Under the pieces are notes generated by a model. The model saw only the letters and a program-made list of their open reading frames with translations. It searched no databases and had not been told where the DNA came from. The position numbers were made by a program, and so were the translations under genes. A stretch of 40,568 nucleotides of DNA from a virus (taxonomy: Duplodnaviria > Caudoviricetes), in IMG/VR virus record IMGVR_UViG_3300037507_001618, positions 1-40,568 of that record; one strand, given 5' to 3'. This document shows, piece after piece, positions 37,809 through 40,568 of the stretch (positions are counted from its first letter, which is position 1; every line of letters starts with the position of its first letter).

Positions 37809-38512
37809 TAGATTCCAAACCTTCCTCTAAGTGCGTTGAAGTTTTGTGAGATTTCTGATGTTGTGAGTGCTCTGTTGTATATGGATACTTGTGCGATGTT
37901 TCCATCCATATAATTAGCAGAAACACTAGAATGTTTTCCTATAATAAAATTGGTATTTGTGTTATTATAAGAACTTGCAAAGTTCAACACTGGAGATGAA
38001 TTATCATTAACATACAATAAAAAATTTGTTGCGTTTTTTACCACCGTCATATTATACCAAGTTCCTATTGTGGTAGTAAAACTGTAAAGATGATTTGCCC
38101 CGTCCCATATATTAAGTTGATTGGATTGATCTACTAGTAACTCAAAAGCAGGAGAACCTTGAAAATTTACTGGATTTGCAGTATTATTATTATCTTTTTT
38201 AAACCAAACAGAAATACTAAACTGTGTTCCTAGAGAAGAAGATAAAGAAGAACTTACAAAATCATCAGTCCCATCAAAAACAATAGACCCACCATTTGCA
38301 CTACTATAAGTCGGTCCATTCGTGAGTGTTCCAGTATTACCACGACCACTTAAATCAGTCCAAGTGGTTCCTGAACCAACATAAGAAGTAGAAGCACCAG
38401 CATCAAGATTTAAAACAAGACCATCTTGAACTACCATTCTTGTAGATGCTACAATTCTACCAGCATCAGTAGAATTAACAACTATAGTATTATTTCCGTA
38501 TACTACACCCAT
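37808..38512 (-). CDS. single LamG-like domain protein
   Basis: Family signature. Late-type ATAAATA at 38534-38540. Confidence 0.85.
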   Translation of the reverse strand: MGVVYGNNTIVVNSTDAGRIVASTRMVVQDGLVLNLDAGASTSYVGSGTTWTDLSGRGNTGTLTNGPTYSSANGGSIVFDGTDDFVSSSLSSSLGTQFSISVWFKKDNNNTANPVNFQGSPAFELLVDQSNQLNIWDGANHLYSFTTTIGTWYNMTVVKNATNFLLYVNDNSSPVLNFASSYNNTNTNFIIGKHSSVSANYMDGNIAQVSIYNRALTTSEISQNFNALRGRFGI

Positions 38513-38664
38513 TATTTCTCAGTGTTTTGTCTGTATTTATGGGCACAGGCACCACGAGCATATGCCCTTGTCATATTATCTACATAAGAACAAGGTTTTC
38601 CTTTCTCACCACAATGAGGACACTTAGCATCTGGTGGATCATTAGGGTACGAAAACTTCGGCAT
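38512..38664 (-). CDS. 50-aa Cys-rich (possible Zn-binding) protein
   Basis: Hand-read MPKFSYPNDPPDAKCPHCGEKGKPCSYVDNMTRAYARGACAHKYRQNTEK*. TAATG coupling to the next gene. Confidence 0.55.
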   Translation of the reverse strand: MPKFSYPNDPPDAKCPHCGEKGKPCSYVDNMTRAYARGACAHKYRQNTEK

Positions 38665-38965
38665 CACTCTTCTTCAATTGTTTTTTAACTGGTTGCATCG
38701 GTTGCCTTCCTCTTAAGTTCCAGGGATCAACATCCTCTGGAATTGGATCATCCCACTTGCTACTCACAATCTCATTGGTCGGCAGTGCCTTTGGAATCTC
38801 AACATCAATCACAGGACTCATTAGAATCCTATTACGGGTGTAAGTTCTGTTCTGTGGATCAAAAGCAACCATTGCCAGTGCGTCTTGTTCATCACCACAA
38901 TCTAAAAGTTTTCTTCCAGTCTTTTTATCTAAAACTGAAAAATATTCATCATTATACTTTTTCAT
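38642..38965 (-). CDS. hypothetical protein
   Basis: Intact 107-aa ORF behind a sigma70-like promoter. Confidence 0.75.
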   Translation of the reverse strand: MKKYNDEYFSVLDKKTGRKLLDCGDEQDALAMVAFDPQNRTYTRNRILMSPVIDVEIPKALPTNEIVSSKWDDPIPEDVDPWNLRGRQPMQPVKKQLKKSDAEVFVP

Positions 38966-38984
38966 TCTTTGAAGTCTTTTGGTT

Positions 38985-39013
38985 ATTATAGGATACTTTG
39001 ACAGGTCTGTAAA
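38985..39013 (-). promoter_or_regulatory. sigma70-type promoter
   Basis: TTTACA-17 nt-TATAAT. Confidence 0.65.
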
Positions 39014-39070
39014 GGTTTGGCCAAGTATCTCTAAGAATTTCTGCGAGTTTATACGGAGTTGTTGAGGATA

Positions 39071-39565
39071 TCATATTTTTTCAAGATTTTCTACAAGTGT
39101 TTGGAGTTCTTGTAGGGTGGCGTCGGATTTAATCCAGTTTGCTCTTGAAGATATTACCCATATATTATCAGGAGTATATCCTTTTCCAGGTTCTTTTTGA
39201 TCTAAACTTGGATTTCTTGCGTCTCTTTTGTTATTTGTTGATACAAGAGGTATTCCAAGTAAAGGACAAGTTTCTGGAATAACAATATCGTTAATAGTTA
39301 TGGTAAAAGGTATTCCCTTTCTTTTTGCTCTGTGTTGAGCATTATGAAACATTTTATATCTGCGGTCGCTACACTTTCTTTCTTCTACAGGTTTTTCTAT
39401 AGTATTTCTTCTCGCCCGTTCTTTTCTTCTATAACACCCACAACTTCTAACTTTCCCACCAGGTTTTATAGAACTTAAAAATATATTTTTTTCTATTCCA
39501 CACTCGCATAAACATTTTGCTATTCTACCTTTAGGGGCAGATTTTATATCTAAAATACACAACAT
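39071..39565 (-). CDS. putative free-standing homing endonuclease (HNH-like)
   Basis: N-terminal CxCxCG...SCGC; RAKRKGIPF; SLDQKEPGKGYTPDNIWVISSRANWIK resembles the SLDRID.xGY..xN...N..K nuclease motif. Confidence 0.75.
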   Translation of the reverse strand: MLCILDIKSAPKGRIAKCLCECGIEKNIFLSSIKPGGKVRSCGCYRRKERARRNTIEKPVEERKCSDRRYKMFHNAQHRAKRKGIPFTITINDIVIPETCPLLGIPLVSTNNKRDARNPSLDQKEPGKGYTPDNIWVISSRANWIKSDATLQELQTLVENLEKI

Positions 39566-39617
39566 ATTCCAAACTATGAATAACTTATATTATTTATAAT
39601 ACCATAGTTTGGAATAT
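39564..39617 (-). promoter_or_regulatory. 15-bp inverted repeat enclosing a T4-type late promoter
   Basis: atattccaaactatg (39564-39578) / catagtttggaatat (39603-39617); TATAAATA at 39598-39591. Confidence 0.75.
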
Positions 39618-39625
39618 AAGTCAAT

Positions 39626-39647
39626 AAAAAAGACCCCGAAGGGTCTT
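39626..39647 (-). terminator. psbD terminator
   Basis: AAGACCC-TTCG-GGGTCTT followed by a T run. Confidence 0.88.
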
Positions 39648-39652
39648 AAAAA

Positions 39653-40568
39653 TCAAAGAGCGTTGCCCCGGGGCAATACCTCCTCTGGAAAAACAAAGCG
39701 TTCGTGTGGCTGGTCAACAGGTGCCATCCACGCTCTTATGCCTTCGTTAAGCAATATATTTTTTGAATAAAATGTTTCAAATTCCGGATCTTCAGCAGCA
39801 CGAATCTCCTGACTTACAAAATCATAAGCCCTCAAATTCAACCCCAGTCCGATAATCCCTATACTACTAGTCCAGAGCCCCATCACTGGCACGAACAACA
39901 TAAAGAAATGAAGCCAACGCTTATTACTGAATGCGATTCCGAAAATCTGAGACCAGAAGCGATTGGCAGTAACCATCGAATAGGTCTCTTCTTCTTGAGT
40001 CGGTTCAAATGCTTTGAAAGTGTTTGCTTGGTCACTGTCTTCAAATAGTGTGTTTTCTACTGTTGCTCCGTGAATGGCACACAATAAGGCACCACCAAGA
40101 ATACCCGCTACGCCCATCATATGAAACGGATTTAGCGTCCAGTTGTGGAAACCCTGAAGGAATAGAAGGAACCTGAAGATTGCTGCCACACCAAAGGAGG
40201 GAGCAAAGAACCAACTGGACTGCCCCAGTGGATACATCAGGAACACAGAAACGAATACTGCGATAGGACCAGAAAACGCAATGGCATTATAAGGTCTAAT
40301 ACCGACCAGACGAGCAATCTCAAACTGACGCAACATAAATCCGATTAAGCTGAAAGCCCCGTGGAGTGCCACAAAAGTCCAGAGTCCCCCAAGTTGGCAC
40401 CACCTGACGAAATCCCCTTGAGCCTCAGGACCCCAGAGAAGAAGAAGAGAATGACCCATAGAATCTGCTGGAGTGCTAACTGCCGCAGTAAGAAAGTTTG
40501 CACCCTCAAGATAGGAACTTGCCAACCCGTGAGTATACCAACTCGTAACGAAAGTTGTCCCAGTAAGC
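39653..40568 (-). CDS. psbD: photosystem II D2 protein (5' end outside window)
   Basis: Frame is open to the edge ([22 protein letters not shown]...); [10 protein letters not shown]; C-terminus [10 protein letters not shown]. Confidence 0.98.
   Translation of the reverse strand, partial: LTGTTFVTSWYTHGLASSYLEGANFLTAAVSTPADSMGHSLLLLWGPEAQGDFVRWCQLGGLWTFVALHGAFSLIGFMLRQFEIARLVGIRPYNAIAFSGPIAVFVSVFLMYPLGQSSWFFAPSFGVAAIFRFLLFLQGFHNWTLNPFHMMGVAGILGGALLCAIHGATVENTLFEDSDQANTFKAFEPTQEEETYSMVTANRFWSQIFGIAFSNKRWLHFFMLFVPVMGLWTSSIGIIGLGLNLRAYDFVSQEIRAAEDPEFETFYSKNILLNEGIRAWMAPVDQPHERFVFPEEVLPRGNAL

Noticed and set aside
18633-38512. Shufflon-type invertible cassettes
   Set aside because: All paralogues are on one strand with their own starts; no inverted crossover sites or recombinase seen.
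340-38991. Plus-strand and alternate-frame ORFs in the track (e.g. 626..1075, 17046..17291, 22306..22707)
   Set aside because: They are shadows of well-supported minus-strand genes and have no recognisable motifs.
40523-40525. TTG start for a truncated 290-aa D2
   Set aside because: The frame continues as D2 sequence to the window edge; the true start is outside.
39653-40568. Intron in psbD
   Set aside because: The visible reading frame is continuous and collinear with D2.

Overview
This is a 40.6 kb segment of a T4-like cyanophage (cyanomyovirus) genome, with essentially all genes on the minus strand. In transcription order (right to left) it holds: (1) the 3' ~305 codons of psbD, its terminator and a free-standing HNH-type endonuclease; (2) a ~34 kb virion/host-recognition island with tail-fibre proteins, a family of LamG/concanavalin-A lectin-domain genes with conserved ends and variable cores, a 3632-aa multi-lectin protein, a 2OG-Fe(II) oxygenase and a second HNH; (3) a candidate ~100-nt sRNA, then glutaredoxin and conserved hypotheticals; (4) a self-contained, apparently nitrogen-controlled unit; (5) thyX and the 5' end of phoH. 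The most notable element is unit (4), at 1545-2411. It has an NtcA-type box, a sigma70 promoter, and two tandem glutamine-riboswitch-like aptamers (glnA/Downstream-peptide type). Each aptamer's P2 loop is expanded to hold a whole small ORF whose AUG lies in the P2 stem. These are followed by a DUF4278-like gene, two micro-ORFs and a terminator. All calls were made by eye from motifs; no searches were run.
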